Position numbers and translations under genes: made by a program. A stretch of DNA of 64,000 bases, from assembly GCA_958296175.1 (NCBI GenBank), contig OY282448.1, positions 1,424,472 through 1,488,471 on the forward strand, given 5' to 3'. Below, piece by piece: positions 39,506-49,821 of the stretch. The DNA comes from an uncultured Chloroflexota bacterium (GTDB lineage: Bacteria; Chloroflexota; UBA11872). The notes under the pieces are model-generated. The model saw nothing but the letters and a program-made list of their open reading frames with translations, ran no database searches and was not told the origin of the DNA. Every line of letters starts with the position of its first letter. Position 1 is the stretch's first letter.

Positions 39506-39651
39506 TTCCTGCACCCGCGCGGCTTGGCCCATGACGCAATCACCCGCGCCCGCCACAGGACGGTCGTTCCTGCACCCGCGCGGCTCGGCCCATGACGCAA
39601 TCACCCGCGCCCGCCGCAGGATGGTCGTTTCTGCATCCGCGCGGCTTGGCC
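39506..39651. repeat. 61-bp tandem repeat (about 2.4 copies)
   Basis: Units start at 39506, 39567 and 39628 (TTCCTGCACCCGCGCGGCTTGGCCCATGACGCAATC...). Confidence 0.88.
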
Positions 39652-41286
39652 TCAGGGCCGTGAGACTTTCCCCGCCTCGCGGTCTTTCCGCCTGGCGTCT
39701 TCCGAACGTTTGGCCGGCGGCCCCCAGCCGCCGGCGCCGGCGGTCTGGTGTTCGAAGACGTCGCCGCGGCGCATGGTTGTGGTGGTCTTGCCCGCCAGCT
39801 CGATGCGCCGCCCGTTCCGCACCAGCGTGTTGCGCGAGGTTGCGCCCGGCTGGCCGCCCTGCAGTCCGTAGGGGCCGCGCGTGCGGCGGTCGGAACGCAG
39901 CTGCAGCGCCGCGCGCTCGGCCAGCAGGCGGTAGTGCCGTTTGATGGCCAGCCCGCCGCGGTATTGCCCGTCCCCGCCGCTGTCGGGCACGAACTGGTAG
40001 CGGTCGATAGCGATGGGGAGTTCGGCTTCGATCACTTCCACGGGGTTGTTGGAAAAGTTGACCACCACGCTGGACGCGCCGTCCACGCCGTCGGCGAACG
40101 GCCGCCCGCCCCAGGAGGCGAAGAGGAATTCCAGCAGCACGAAGGGGTCGCCGTTCGCGTCGTAGCCGGCCAGGCTAACGCCGGTGTCGCCGCCCGCCTC
40201 GGCCGCAGGCACGCGGTCGGGCGCGGCCTGCGCCAGCGCGCCCAGCACGGCGTTGGCAATGCGGAAGCCGGTCAGCCCGCGCGCGGCCACGGCGGCCGGC
40301 GGGCGCGGGTTGACGATCGTGCCCGCGGGCGCCGTCACCTGGATGGGGCGGGCGTAGCCCTCGTTGTTGGGGATGTCGGGCGGCAGCACGCAGCGCACGC
40401 AGGCGTATGCGGCGGACTTGGTGAAGGACTGCGCGCAGTTGATGGCGCCGCGCACCTGGGGGCTGGAGCCGGCAAAGTCGACCGCCAGCCGCTCGCCGCG
40501 CACGCGCAGCTCGACCTGGATGGGGATGGGGCCGGGGTCGATGCCGTCGTCGTCCAGGTAGTCCGTGAAGCGGTAGACCCCGTCGGGAATGTCGCGGATG
40601 GCCAGACGGGCGCGCGCCTCGGCGTAGTCCAGCACGGCGCTGGCCAGGTCGGCCAGGCGGCGCGGTCCGTGTGTGTCGGCCAGCGCCAGCAGCCCGCGCG
40701 CGCCCACGTGCCCGGCGGCCAGCTGCGCGCGCAGGTCGCCCAGCACCTGGCCCGGCACGCGCACGTTGCGCTCGATCAGCCGCCAGACGTGCTCCACCGG
40801 CTGGCCGCCGCGCATCAATCGCACCGGCGGCAGGCAGAGGCCTTCCTGATAAAGCTCGGTGGCGTCGCAGCCGTTGCCGCCGGCGGTCTTGCCGCCCACG
40901 TCGGTGTGGTGCGCAATGGTCACGACGTGCCCCAGCAGCCGCCGCCGCAGAAACACGGGCTGCGCCACGTACAGGTCGGGCAGGTGCGTGCCGCCGGCGT
41001 AGGGGTCGTTCAGCACGTAGACGTCGCCCTCGCGCAGCTCGCCGCCGAAGCGGGCCAAGAACGCCCGCATGGCGTCGGGCACGGAGCCCAGGTGCAGCGG
41101 CAGCGTCAGCCCCTGCGCAATCAGGCGGCCGGCCGGGTCGCAGAGCGCCGCCGACAGGTCCATGGAGTTCTTGAGGTTGGTGGACCGGGCCGTGCGCACC
41201 AGCGCCACGGCCATCTCGTCCACCAGGGCGGCCACGGCGTGGCGAAAGAGTTCACGCTGGATGGGGTCGACGCGCGGACGGGTCAT
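39652..41286 (-). CDS. Hydantoinase B / 5-oxoprolinase family subunit
   Basis: LVDEM, HLGSVP, LNDPYAGGTHLPD, HHTDVGG, ELYQEG and GDGQYRGG. Confidence 0.93.
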   Translation of the reverse strand: MTRPRVDPIQRELFRHAVAALVDEMAVALVRTARSTNLKNSMDLSAALCDPAGRLIAQGLTLPLHLGSVPDAMRAFLARFGGELREGDVYVLNDPYAGGTHLPDLYVAQPVFLRRRLLGHVVTIAHHTDVGGKTAGGNGCDATELYQEGLCLPPVRLMRGGQPVEHVWRLIERNVRVPGQVLGDLRAQLAAGHVGARGLLALADTHGPRRLADLASAVLDYAEARARLAIRDIPDGVYRFTDYLDDDGIDPGPIPIQVELRVRGERLAVDFAGSSPQVRGAINCAQSFTKSAAYACVRCVLPPDIPNNEGYARPIQVTAPAGTIVNPRPPAAVAARGLTGFRIANAVLGALAQAAPDRVPAAEAGGDTGVSLAGYDANGDPFVLLEFLFASWGGRPFADGVDGASSVVVNFSNNPVEVIEAELPIAIDRYQFVPDSGGDGQYRGGLAIKRHYRLLAERAALQLRSDRRTRGPYGLQGGQPGATSRNTLVRNGRRIELAGKTTTTMRRGDVFEHQTAGAGGWGPPAKRSEDARRKDREAGKVSRP

Positions 41287-43373
41287 GCGCCTGTCTCCAA
41301 CAGCAGCGTTCCCGCCGGGCCGCGGGTGCAGCGCCAGGCCGGGGGCACGACGGTGGTCGCGTCGTAGTCCTCGATGACGGCGGGGCCGGGCAGGGGGCGG
41401 TTGGCGGACAGGTCGCCGCGCATGAGCACGGGCGTCGGGCGCCAGCGGCCGCCGAACCAGGCGGGGCGGGTCGTGGGCCGCGGCGAGCGTTCCAGCTGGC
41501 GCCCCAGCGGCGCCGCGCCGCTGGGGCGCGCCGCCGTCACCCGCAGCGCGGCTGCGATCACGGGGCTGTCGGGGTCGCGGTGGCCGTAGGCGGCTTCGTG
41601 CGCCGCCTCGAAGACGCCGCGCACCTCCGCCAGCGTGCGGCGGGTCACGCGCCCGGGCGGGACGGGCGCGGGCAGCTCGAAGGACTGGCCGCGGTAGCGG
41701 CATTCGGCCACGGCCTCGAACGTCAGCTCCCGCGGCCGATAGCCGCCGGCGGACGCCAGGGCCGCGCAGCGGCCGCGCAACTGGCGCAGCGCGGCGCCGA
41801 GTCGGTCGGCGGCGTCGGGCGCGTCCAGGTCGATCAACGGCGAATGCGCCGCCATCCAGCGCAGGTCGGCGCCCAGCAGACCGTCCGCGCTGAAGACGCC
41901 CGGCCCGGGCGGGACCAGCACGCGCCGCACGCCCAGCGGCTCGGCCACCGCCGCGGCCATGCCCGGCCCGCCGCCGCCGAAGGCCAGCAGGGTAAAGCCG
42001 GCCGGGTCCACGCCGCGTTCGCTGGTGACGGCGCGCACGGCGCGCGCCAGCTGCGCCGCGGCGATCTGGCGCGCGGCCTCGGCGGCCTGGGGGACCGCCG
42101 TCCCCAGCGGCCTGGCAATGCAGCGCCCGACGGCGTCCTCGGCCTTCGCCGCGTCGATGGCCAGCGCGCCGCCCAGCAGCGCCGCGCCGCTGACGTGCCC
42201 AAGCGCAACGCTGACGTCGGTCAGCGTGGCCTCGCGGCCGCCGCGGCCGTAACAGGCCGGCCCCGGGTCGGCGCCCGCGCTGTCGGGCCCGACGGCGATG
42301 CCGCCCGCGCGGTCGACGCGCACCAGGCTGCCGCCGCCCGCGCCGATTTCGGCCAGGTCGATGGTGGGCGTGCGCAGCAGGTAGCCCGCGCCGCGCGTCA
42401 GCCGCGCTCCCACGTGCAGCCCGCCGCCGATTTCCAGTTCGGGCGCAATGGCGGGCGCGCCGTCCAGCACCACGGCGGCTTTGGCCGTGGTGCCTCCCAT
42501 GTCGAAGGCCAGCACGCGCGGCAGGCGCAGGCCGCGCGCCAGCCGCGCCGCGCCCAACACCCCGGCCGTGGGGCCGGATTCCAGGCAAAACGCCGGCAGC
42601 TCCGCGGCTTCGGCCGCCGGCATGACGCCGCCGCTGGATTGCAGCATCAGGATGGGGGCGCGCGACCCGGCGCGCCGCAGCGCCGCGCGCAGCCGCCGCA
42701 GATACGCCCCCACCACCGGCTGCAAGTAGGCGTTGATGACGGTGGTGCTGGTGCGGTCGTATTCGCGGATCAGCGGCAGCACGGCGGAACTGCGCGACAC
42801 GGCGGCATGCGGCAGCGCCGCGCGCACCTGGCGTTCGACCTCGCGCTCGTGCTGGTCGTTGACATACGAATTGAGCAGGCAGATCGCCACCGCCTCCACG
42901 TCGGCGCAGCGCAGCTGCTCGATCGCGCGCGCGGCGCTTGCCGGATCCAGCGTCGTGACGACCGATCCGTCGGCGGCGATCCGCTCGGTTACCCCCAGGC
43001 GCAGGCGGCGTTCGACCAGCGGTTCGGGGCGCGACCAGCTGAGGTCGTAGAGCCGCGGATATCGCAGCCGGCCGATCTCCAGCACGTCGCGGAAGCCTTC
43101 GGTTGTGACGAGTCCAATGCGCGGGCCGCGGCGTTCCAGGATGGCGTTCGTTGCGGCCGTGCTGGCGTGCATCAGGCGGCCCAGCGCGCTCAGGGGTTCG
43201 ATGCCGCTCGCCGCCAGACCGGCCACGACGCCGGCGTCGAAGTCGGGCGGCGTGGAAAGCGTCTTGTGGCGCACGGCGGCGCCCTCCGCGTCCGCCGCCA
43301 CGATGTCCGTAAACGTTCCTCCCACGTCCGCGGCCGCGCGAAACGCGCCAGGGACGGGTCCGCCGGCCGTCAC
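41283..43373 (-). CDS. Hydantoinase A / 5-oxoprolinase family subunit
   Basis: DVGGTFTD, ATNAILER, ESGPTAGV, DMGGTT, GAGGGS and GPACYGRGG. Confidence 0.94.
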   Translation of the reverse strand: MTAGGPVPGAFRAAADVGGTFTDIVAADAEGAAVRHKTLSTPPDFDAGVVAGLAASGIEPLSALGRLMHASTAATNAILERRGPRIGLVTTEGFRDVLEIGRLRYPRLYDLSWSRPEPLVERRLRLGVTERIAADGSVVTTLDPASAARAIEQLRCADVEAVAICLLNSYVNDQHEREVERQVRAALPHAAVSRSSAVLPLIREYDRTSTTVINAYLQPVVGAYLRRLRAALRRAGSRAPILMLQSSGGVMPAAEAAELPAFCLESGPTAGVLGAARLARGLRLPRVLAFDMGGTTAKAAVVLDGAPAIAPELEIGGGLHVGARLTRGAGYLLRTPTIDLAEIGAGGGSLVRVDRAGGIAVGPDSAGADPGPACYGRGGREATLTDVSVALGHVSGAALLGGALAIDAAKAEDAVGRCIARPLGTAVPQAAEAARQIAAAQLARAVRAVTSERGVDPAGFTLLAFGGGGPGMAAAVAEPLGVRRVLVPPGPGVFSADGLLGADLRWMAAHSPLIDLDAPDAADRLGAALRQLRGRCAALASAGGYRPRELTFEAVAECRYRGQSFELPAPVPPGRVTRRTLAEVRGVFEAAHEAAYGHRDPDSPVIAAALRVTAARPSGAAPLGRQLERSPRPTTRPAWFGGRWRPTPVLMRGDLSANRPLPGPAVIEDYDATTVVPPAWRCTRGPAGTLLLETGA

Positions 43374-43595
43374 GGGCGCGCCTGGCTGACGCGCAGCCAG
43401 GGCGAGCCGCCGCGCCCGCAGGCGTCTCCAGGATATTCCGCACGGCTACCGTTCCGACGGGGCGGGCAGGCGCGCCCGCAGGAGTCTCCCAGCGACGGCG
43501 GGGCCGCGGCGGTCAGGCCGCATGCAGCGTCGAACATGCGGTTAGCATAGGCCCGCTCGCCGCAGGACGGTGAGCTGGTCCCTGATCGGCGCGCG

Positions 43596-44366
43596 ATGCC
43601 CCGCCCACGCCTCCTCCTCTGCGCCGCGCGGCGAACCGCGCTGCTGCTGGCGTTGGCCGCGGCGCTGGCGGGCTGCTTTCGCCTCGAGGTCGACGTCACG
43701 GTGGAAGACGACGGCGCCGGCAGCTTCTCGATGCTGGCGGCGATGAGCGATCAGATGCTGGCCATGGCGGACGGGGACAACCCGTTCCTCGAGGCGCAGG
43801 CCGCCGTCGATCCCGCCGCCATGCCGGAGGGTGCGGTCGTCGAGAGCTATGCCCAGGACGGATTCACCGGCACTCGGTGGACGTTCCCGTTCGCGGCCGG
43901 CGGCGACGTCGGCGCGTCGATCGATCGAGCGGCGCAGAGAGTCGGCGGGAGCGCGCTGACGGGCGCTAACGGTCCGTTCGAGCGCTTCGAGTTGCGCCGC
44001 GTGGACGGCGAATGGCGCTTCCAGGCCGTGATACGGCCGCTTGCTGGCGACGACGCGCCCTCGTCGCTTGGCCTCGACCCGCAAAGCGCCGCGCTGGCCC
44101 AGCAAATGCTCGCCAACGGCTGGTACCGCGTCAGAATCACGCTGCCCGGCGAGCTGCTGGAGCACGACGCCGACCGCGTCGAGGCCGGCGCGCTGGTCTG
44201 GGAGATCGACATCTTCGCCGCCGAGCCGCGCACCCTGACCGCCGCCTCCCGCGTCGACGCCGGCCTACCCGCCCCGCTCGTCATCGCGCTGGCCGCCCTC
44301 GCCATCCTCGCCCTCGCCGCCCTGGCCTGGCTATTCCTGCGTCCCCGCGCCCACTCCAGCCCCTGA
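43596..44366 (+). CDS. Lipoprotein (LppM-like) with a C-terminal TM anchor
   Basis: Lipobox LAGC, VDVTVEDDG and ITLPGE. Hydrophobic C-terminal helix. Confidence 0.7.
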   Translation: MPRPRLLLCAARRTALLLALAAALAGCFRLEVDVTVEDDGAGSFSMLAAMSDQMLAMADGDNPFLEAQAAVDPAAMPEGAVVESYAQDGFTGTRWTFPFAAGGDVGASIDRAAQRVGGSALTGANGPFERFELRRVDGEWRFQAVIRPLAGDDAPSSLGLDPQSAALAQQMLANGWYRVRITLPGELLEHDADRVEAGALVWEIDIFAAEPRTLTAASRVDAGLPAPLVIALAALAILALAALAWLFLRPRAHSSP

Positions 44367-44386
44367 GCAACGCGCCCGTGCGCGGC

Positions 44387-45931
44387 TTACCCAGCGCGCC
44401 ATTGCAGGTAGGCGGTCTCCAGCCCCTCGACCAAAGGCTGAAGATCGCTTTCCTCTCGGTCGGCCTCGGCGCGGGCTATGCGCCGGCAGATGTCCTGCGT
44501 ATTCCGATCAAGCGCCTCGGCCAGATTGCTGAGTTTGGTCTTGGCAATCTGCGAAGCACTGTCGGATGCTGAATCGTAGATCGAGTTCAAGCGGTCCATC
44601 CAACTAGAAAGATCGTCCCGGTCGAGGCCAAGCTCTCCAGCCCACGTGCACTGGTCGTGCTCTAAACATTCCCACACCCACCTCTCCGGCGCATGGCAGC
44701 CGGGCAGAAAGAGCACGGGAACGGCACTTTCAGCATTGCTAAGTATTCGCTGTTCGATTTTGCTGTCACGCTTGTCGCCATCGATCACGAAGACGAAGCT
44801 GTGAATCTGTCCAAACTTCCTGAACGCCGCCGCGTGCGTTGGAAACTCCTCGGCGCCCGTATCCCTTCCGATGCGAACCGAATCTAGCTTGCCGCCGAGC
44901 TTGGGCAGCAGATAATCGAAAACGCCGTGGACGACTCCTTCCGCAGCCTCGTCCTCGCACAGCAGGTTGAGCGCGTCTACGTGTCCGTAAAGCGCGTCTT
45001 GAACGACATCCCGATAGGGTGGGCGTACCGAGACTCCAGCATCGTCGCGTTCAAGGAAAATGCGCCCGTGTAACGGTACCGATTCGAGCACGATCGGGCT
45101 GTGCGTCGTCACAATGATCTGCAAGTCATTGCGCAAGGCGAGTTGCTGTAGCTGCAGCATGAGAAGCTTCTGCACCCAGGGGTGCAGACCGGCTTCCACC
45201 TCGTCGATCAGCACGAGCGCACCCTTGATTTGGGCGATTTCCTGGGACAGCCGCAGGATGGACCGCTCACCGGCGGCCATGTGGAGTTCAGAATAGGCGG
45301 CGCCGCGCTCCTGGGCGGCAAAGAGGAGACGCTTCTTGCCGCTCGACAGATCCACGACCTCCAAATACCTGAACGGCAGCATCCGCTGCGCGAACTCGAT
45401 TTGTGACGCGGTCAACGGTGTTTCTCGAGGTTCGGTGTTCAGGCGTGACAGGCTGAGAACGCCCCGCACTTCGGACGGGTTGCTGAGATTGCTGAGCGTT
45501 CGCAGATATACACGCCGCTCCGGCTGGGCGGCATTTTTGCGGCCGAGGAAGCTGCGGTTCCAGCCTTTTTTACGGCGCCAGCGCATGGACTGGCGACCGC
45601 TGGGAGTTGCGTAATCGAATTCGATGATGATTTCGTGCTTCGTGTCCTCGCGCTCGCTCAGCTTCGGGCGATAGTCCGGAAAGAGTGTTGACGGGACGAA
45701 ATCCTTGACTCCGGCACCCGGCACTTTGTAGGCGCAGGCGGCCGCGAAGAGCACCGTTGACTTGCCGCTCGCGTTGCCGCCGGCGATGACGCTTACCGGG
45801 TAGTCGAACCTCACGCGGAGGTCCTTGATGCCGCGGATGCCTTTCAGGTGGAGCTCCGTCAAAAAGTGTGGCATATGGAGCTTCTTGCCCTGCAGCTGTT
45901 CCCAGATATCCCCGAAACGCTGTTCGATCAT
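44387..45931 (-). CDS. ABC-type (AAA_21-like) ATPase fused to a TOPRIM-like domain; OLD-family-like nuclease candidate
   Basis: Walker A GGNASGKS, MAAGE signature, Walker B LIDEVE..LHP, H-loop TTHS, TOPRIM-like LCED and IDGD. More AT-rich than its neighbours. Confidence 0.8.
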   Translation of the reverse strand: MIEQRFGDIWEQLQGKKLHMPHFLTELHLKGIRGIKDLRVRFDYPVSVIAGGNASGKSTVLFAAACAYKVPGAGVKDFVPSTLFPDYRPKLSEREDTKHEIIIEFDYATPSGRQSMRWRRKKGWNRSFLGRKNAAQPERRVYLRTLSNLSNPSEVRGVLSLSRLNTEPRETPLTASQIEFAQRMLPFRYLEVVDLSSGKKRLLFAAQERGAAYSELHMAAGERSILRLSQEIAQIKGALVLIDEVEAGLHPWVQKLLMLQLQQLALRNDLQIIVTTHSPIVLESVPLHGRIFLERDDAGVSVRPPYRDVVQDALYGHVDALNLLCEDEAAEGVVHGVFDYLLPKLGGKLDSVRIGRDTGAEEFPTHAAAFRKFGQIHSFVFVIDGDKRDSKIEQRILSNAESAVPVLFLPGCHAPERWVWECLEHDQCTWAGELGLDRDDLSSWMDRLNSIYDSASDSASQIAKTKLSNLAEALDRNTQDICRRIARAEADREESDLQPLVEGLETAYLQWRAG

Positions 45932-45958
45932 GCGCGCCGCTCCAGTCGATCCGTCGAC

Positions 45959-45987
45959 AGTCTACGGCTGAAGCTCCGCTGCGTCAC
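45959..45987 (-). promoter_or_regulatory. Putative promoter of the ATPase/TOPRIM gene
   Basis: GTGACG-17-TAGACT, then GGAG before the ATG. Confidence 0.5.
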
Positions 45988-46706
45988 ACGCGCGCCGGTG
46001 GGGGTGTCGCGGTGGACGCTAGCGCGCCGAGGGTGGGTGGGGTGTTCCAGCCGAGGTGGGCGGCGGCGGCGGTGAAGGCGGCGCTGTTGCTGGTGACGAC
46101 GGGGAGGCCGTACGCGGCTTCCAGCGGGCGGATCACGGGCCAGGTGGGCAGGTTGGTGCAGGAGAGGAAGATGCAGTCGGCGTCCGCGGGCGGCGGGTGG
46201 GCGGCGACGAACGTCAGCAGGTCGTTGGCGGTCACGTCGGCGATGGCGGCGGCGTCAGTGACGCCCAGGCCGTGGCTGCTGACCGCGGCGATGCCGTGGG
46301 CGGCCAGGAAGGCGGCCTCGCTGGCGTCGAGTTCGCGCGGATAGGGCGTGTAGAGCGCCGCGCGGCGGCCGTCCACGCGGCGCAGAGCGTCGATCACCGC
46401 GCCCGACGCGGTAAGCGCCGGCGCGCCCGCGGCCTGTTCGATGCGGGTGCGCAGCGCGGCTTCGCCCTGCGGCCCGTCCACGAAGCTGCTGGCCGTGCAG
46501 GCGAAGACCACCAGCTCCACCCGCGCGCTGCCCAGCTCGTCGGACGCGCGCTCGACGTGCGCCAGCATCCGGCGGGCGTCGTCCACGCCGCAGGTCGAGT
46601 TGCGCATGCGCGCCGCGTGCAGGCTGGCGGTCGGCGGCAGCAGCCGCCAGAACTCGGGTTCGGCCACGGTGTTGACCGACGGCGCCAGCAACCCGAGGCG
46701 CTGCAT
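45984..46706 (-). CDS. Maleate cis-trans isomerase / Asp-Glu racemase family protein
   Basis: GLLAPSVN, FACT, TPYP, LSCTNL and VVTSN; both catalytic Cys present. Confidence 0.85.
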   Translation of the reverse strand: MQRLGLLAPSVNTVAEPEFWRLLPPTASLHAARMRNSTCGVDDARRMLAHVERASDELGSARVELVVFACTASSFVDGPQGEAALRTRIEQAAGAPALTASGAVIDALRRVDGRRAALYTPYPRELDASEAAFLAAHGIAAVSSHGLGVTDAAAIADVTANDLLTFVAAHPPPADADCIFLSCTNLPTWPVIRPLEAAYGLPVVTSNSAAFTAAAAHLGWNTPPTLGALASTATPPPARV

Positions 46707-47026
46707 GGAGCGTTCACCCGAGGGCGTCATCGGGGGCAATCGTGGGCGCGCGCCGCCTGGCTGTCAACGGGAGCGGGCGCGGCGGATCATCTAACCCCCG
46801 TCATGCCCGCCGCAGCGCCGGCCGTGCACGGGGAGGCGCTGGTCGGTCCACGGCCTGGTCTCCTGCGCGCGGCGCCGGCGATGCGCGGAGCGGCGGGTCA
46901 GCCGATGCTGCACGCGGCGCGCGCCGATCGGGCCGCGCCGGACCGGGCACGGCGGCGCCGCGCGAATCGACGCCGCCGAACGAGCGCCCTAGGCTTGGCG
47001 GCGGCGCGTCGTGGTGAGGAATCCCC

Positions 47027-48115
47027 GTGAACCGTTTGCGCGTGGGCGTGGTTGGCTGCGGCGCCATTGCGCAGATTCAGCACCTGCCGCATCTGCGCGA
47101 CGGGCGCGACCGCTTCGAGATCGGCGGCATCTGCGACATTTCGCCCGCGCTGCTGGCGCGCGTGGGCGACGACTTCGGCGTCCCCGCGCATGCGCGCTTC
47201 ACCGACTTCGAGGAGCTGGCGGCTTCGGATATCGACGCGGTGCTGATCTGTTCGTCGGGCACGCACGCGCCGCCGACGCTGGCGGCCGCGCGGCACGGCC
47301 GGCACGTGCTGGTGGAAAAACCCGCCTGCACCACGCTGGCCGAGGCGCGCGCCATGATCGACGCCTGCGCCGCGGCGGGCGTGCTGCTCATGGCGGCCTA
47401 CCCCAAGCGCTACGAACCCAGCTACGAATACGCGGCCGCGCGCGTTCGTGCGATGCGCGACGTGCGGCTCGTTCAGGTCGACCACCTGCACCCCTCCAAC
47501 GACTTGCACCTGGCCGAGTTCGACCTCCACCGCGCGGCGGACGTGCCGCAGGAGAACCTGGACGCGATGCAGGCGGCCGAGGACGCGCTGACGGACGCAG
47601 CGTTGGGGCTCCCGGACCCGTCCCCAACCCTGCGGCGCGCCTACCGGCTGGCCAACGGCAGCCTCATCCACGACATCAGCGTGCTGCACGGGATGTTCGG
47701 CGCGCCCGAGGCCGTGCTGAGTTCGGAGATTTGGCGCGGCGGCGCGGGCCTCACGACCACGCTGCGCTACCCCGGCGGCATGCGCGCCGTGCTGACCTGG
47801 ATCGACCTGCCCGACCTATGGGCCTTCCAGGAGACCTTCGCGGTCTACGGGCGCGCGGAACGGGTCACGGTGTCGTTCCCCACCGGATTCAGCCGCGGGC
47901 TGCCGACCACGGTGGTGGTGCAAGCGCCGGACGCGCAGGGCAACGCCGCGCGGCAGGAGCTTGCGTGGCACGAGAACCCCTTCGAGCGGGAACTCGACCA
48001 CTTCCACGACTGCATTCGCCGCGGGCGGACGCCGAACACGCCCGGCGAGGAACTGATCGACCACCTGACGCTGGTGCGCGGCATCGTGCTGGCGTCGCCC
48101 GCCGCCCGGAGCTGA
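47027..48115 (+). CDS. Gfo/Idh/MocA family oxidoreductase
   Basis: VGVVGCGAIA, VLVEKP and KRYEP. Confidence 0.9.
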   Translation: MNRLRVGVVGCGAIAQIQHLPHLRDGRDRFEIGGICDISPALLARVGDDFGVPAHARFTDFEELAASDIDAVLICSSGTHAPPTLAAARHGRHVLVEKPACTTLAEARAMIDACAAAGVLLMAAYPKRYEPSYEYAAARVRAMRDVRLVQVDHLHPSNDLHLAEFDLHRAADVPQENLDAMQAAEDALTDAALGLPDPSPTLRRAYRLANGSLIHDISVLHGMFGAPEAVLSSEIWRGGAGLTTTLRYPGGMRAVLTWIDLPDLWAFQETFAVYGRAERVTVSFPTGFSRGLPTTVVVQAPDAQGNAARQELAWHENPFERELDHFHDCIRRGRTPNTPGEELIDHLTLVRGIVLASPAARS

Positions 48116-48118
48116 GCC

Positions 48119-48790
48119 ATGCCCATCCAGGTATTCGACGCGCGCACCGACATCAAGAACCTGATCATCCGCCCGGACATCCGCGCGCGCTTCATTCGCA
48201 TGCAGCCGGGCGAGACGGCCGCGCCGCACAGCCACGACCTGGGCGAGGAGATCTTTCTGATTCTGGAAGGCCAGGCCGAGTTCGAGCTGGAAGGCGAGCG
48301 CGCGGTGTTGGGGCCCGGCCAGCTCTGCTTTGCCGCCCGCGACGAAATCCACGCCGTGCGCTGCGCGGGCGACGCGCCGATGACGATGTACATCTCGGTC
48401 ACGCCCCACGTCGAACCCACGCACACCCGGTGGGGCGCCAACGGCGCGAAGCTCCCGCCGCAGTACGGCGGGTCCACGCGCGCCGAGCGTGAAGCCGCGG
48501 ACGCAGACGCGCCGCCGCCGCCGCTGGACGACCTGCTCGACGCGCATCTGGCGGCGGCCGAAGAGCTGGCGCAGCGGGCGCGCGAAGCCGCCGCCGTGCA
48601 ATCCCAGGGCGCGGACGACGTGCGGCGGGCCGTGCGGCAGGGCGACGCCGCCGCGGCCGCGGCGGCGGTCGACCAGATGTGGGAAGCGCTGTACGCCGCC
48701 TTTGCGGCGTCCCGCGAGCTGGCGGGCGCCTGGAACGCGCTGGCGCCGCGCGCCGCTCCGGACGTCGACGCCGACGAGCCGGCCCGCTAG
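48119..48790 (+). CDS. Cupin-domain protein
   Basis: PHSHDLGEEIFLILEG and EIHAV. Confidence 0.8.
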   Translation: MPIQVFDARTDIKNLIIRPDIRARFIRMQPGETAAPHSHDLGEEIFLILEGQAEFELEGERAVLGPGQLCFAARDEIHAVRCAGDAPMTMYISVTPHVEPTHTRWGANGAKLPPQYGGSTRAEREAADADAPPPPLDDLLDAHLAAAEELAQRAREAAAVQSQGADDVRRAVRQGDAAAAAAAVDQMWEALYAAFAASRELAGAWNALAPRAAPDVDADEPAR

Positions 48791-48824
48791 CAGGTAGATC
48801 CCGCGCCGCGGGCGGCCAGGCGGG

Positions 48825-49628
48825 TTAGTCCGCCTGCGTGCCCACCGCCCAAGCGCCCAGGGCCATGTACCCGCCGTCCACGTTCACCCACTCGCCGGTC
48901 ATGAACGACGCGCCGCCGCTGGCCAGGAACACGGCAACTGCGCCGATGTCGGCAGGCATGCCGACGCGCCCCAGGGGATGCGCGGCGCCCCAGGTTTGCA
49001 GCAGCTCGTCTTCGTCGCCGAACGCGCGCGCCGCGCCGCGCGCCAGGGGCGTATCGATCGTGCCCGGGTTGATGGCCAGCACACGGATGTTCTCGGCCGC
49101 GTAGTCCAGCGCCAGGTTGCGGGTCAGCGACAAGCTGCCGCCCTTGCTGGCGGCATAGGCCGGCACCAGCGGCTGCGATTGCAGCCCTTGCACGCTGGCG
49201 ACGTTGATGATGACGCCGCCGCCGCGCGCGCGCAGCTGGGGAATCGCGTACTTGGCCATTAGGAACTGGCCCTTCAGGTTCACGTCGATGATGCGGTCCC
49301 AGGTGGCTTCGTCCATGGCCTCGGCGGTCATGTAGGAGGCGGTTGGCTGAATGCCGGCGTTGTTGACCAGCACGTCCAGGCCGCCGAGCGCCGCCGCGGT
49401 TTCCTGCACCATGCGCTGGGCGTCGGCGGCCGAGCTCACGTCGCCCGCGACGGCGATGGCGCGGCGGCCCTCCGCCGTCAGGCGCTCGACCAGCGCCGCT
49501 GCCGCCGCCGCGTCCACGTCGGCCACGCTGACCGCGGCGCCCGCGGCGGCGAACGCCTCCACGATGCCGCCGCCGATGCCCATCGCCCCGCCCGTGACCA
49601 GCGCTGCGCGACCGTCGAACTCACCCAT
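48825..49628 (-). CDS. Short-chain dehydrogenase/reductase (SDR)
   Basis: TGGAMGIG, VNNAGI, YAASKG and NPGTIDT. Confidence 0.93.
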   Translation of the reverse strand: MGEFDGRAALVTGGAMGIGGGIVEAFAAAGAAVSVADVDAAAAAALVERLTAEGRRAIAVAGDVSSAADAQRMVQETAAALGGLDVLVNNAGIQPTASYMTAEAMDEATWDRIIDVNLKGQFLMAKYAIPQLRARGGGVIINVASVQGLQSQPLVPAYAASKGGSLSLTRNLALDYAAENIRVLAINPGTIDTPLARGAARAFGDEDELLQTWGAAHPLGRVGMPADIGAVAVFLASGGASFMTGEWVNVDGGYMALGAWAVGTQAD

Positions 49629-49821
49629 CGAACCATCTCCATCTCCCGACCGGAGGCCTGCGCCAGCCTAACCGCCGCTGCGCGCCGGGCCGAACCGCCA
49701 TCGGCCGGCCGCCGGGGCCGGACTCGCCGCGAACCGCCGTCGGGCGCCGGGCCGAACCGCAGCGCCCGCCGCGGCGCGGGCGCCCTCCCGCCGCGCGCCG
49801 CATAGACTGCCTGACGATCCC

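Noticed and set aside
39652-43443. Single fused 1263-aa oxoprolinase
   Set aside because: Only the part from ATG 41286 is HyuB-like. The upstream part is off-frame to the separate HyuA gene.
44367-45990. Direct repeats flanking the ATPase/TOPRIM gene
   Set aside because: Only weak GC-rich similarity between the flanks, not distinguishable from chance.
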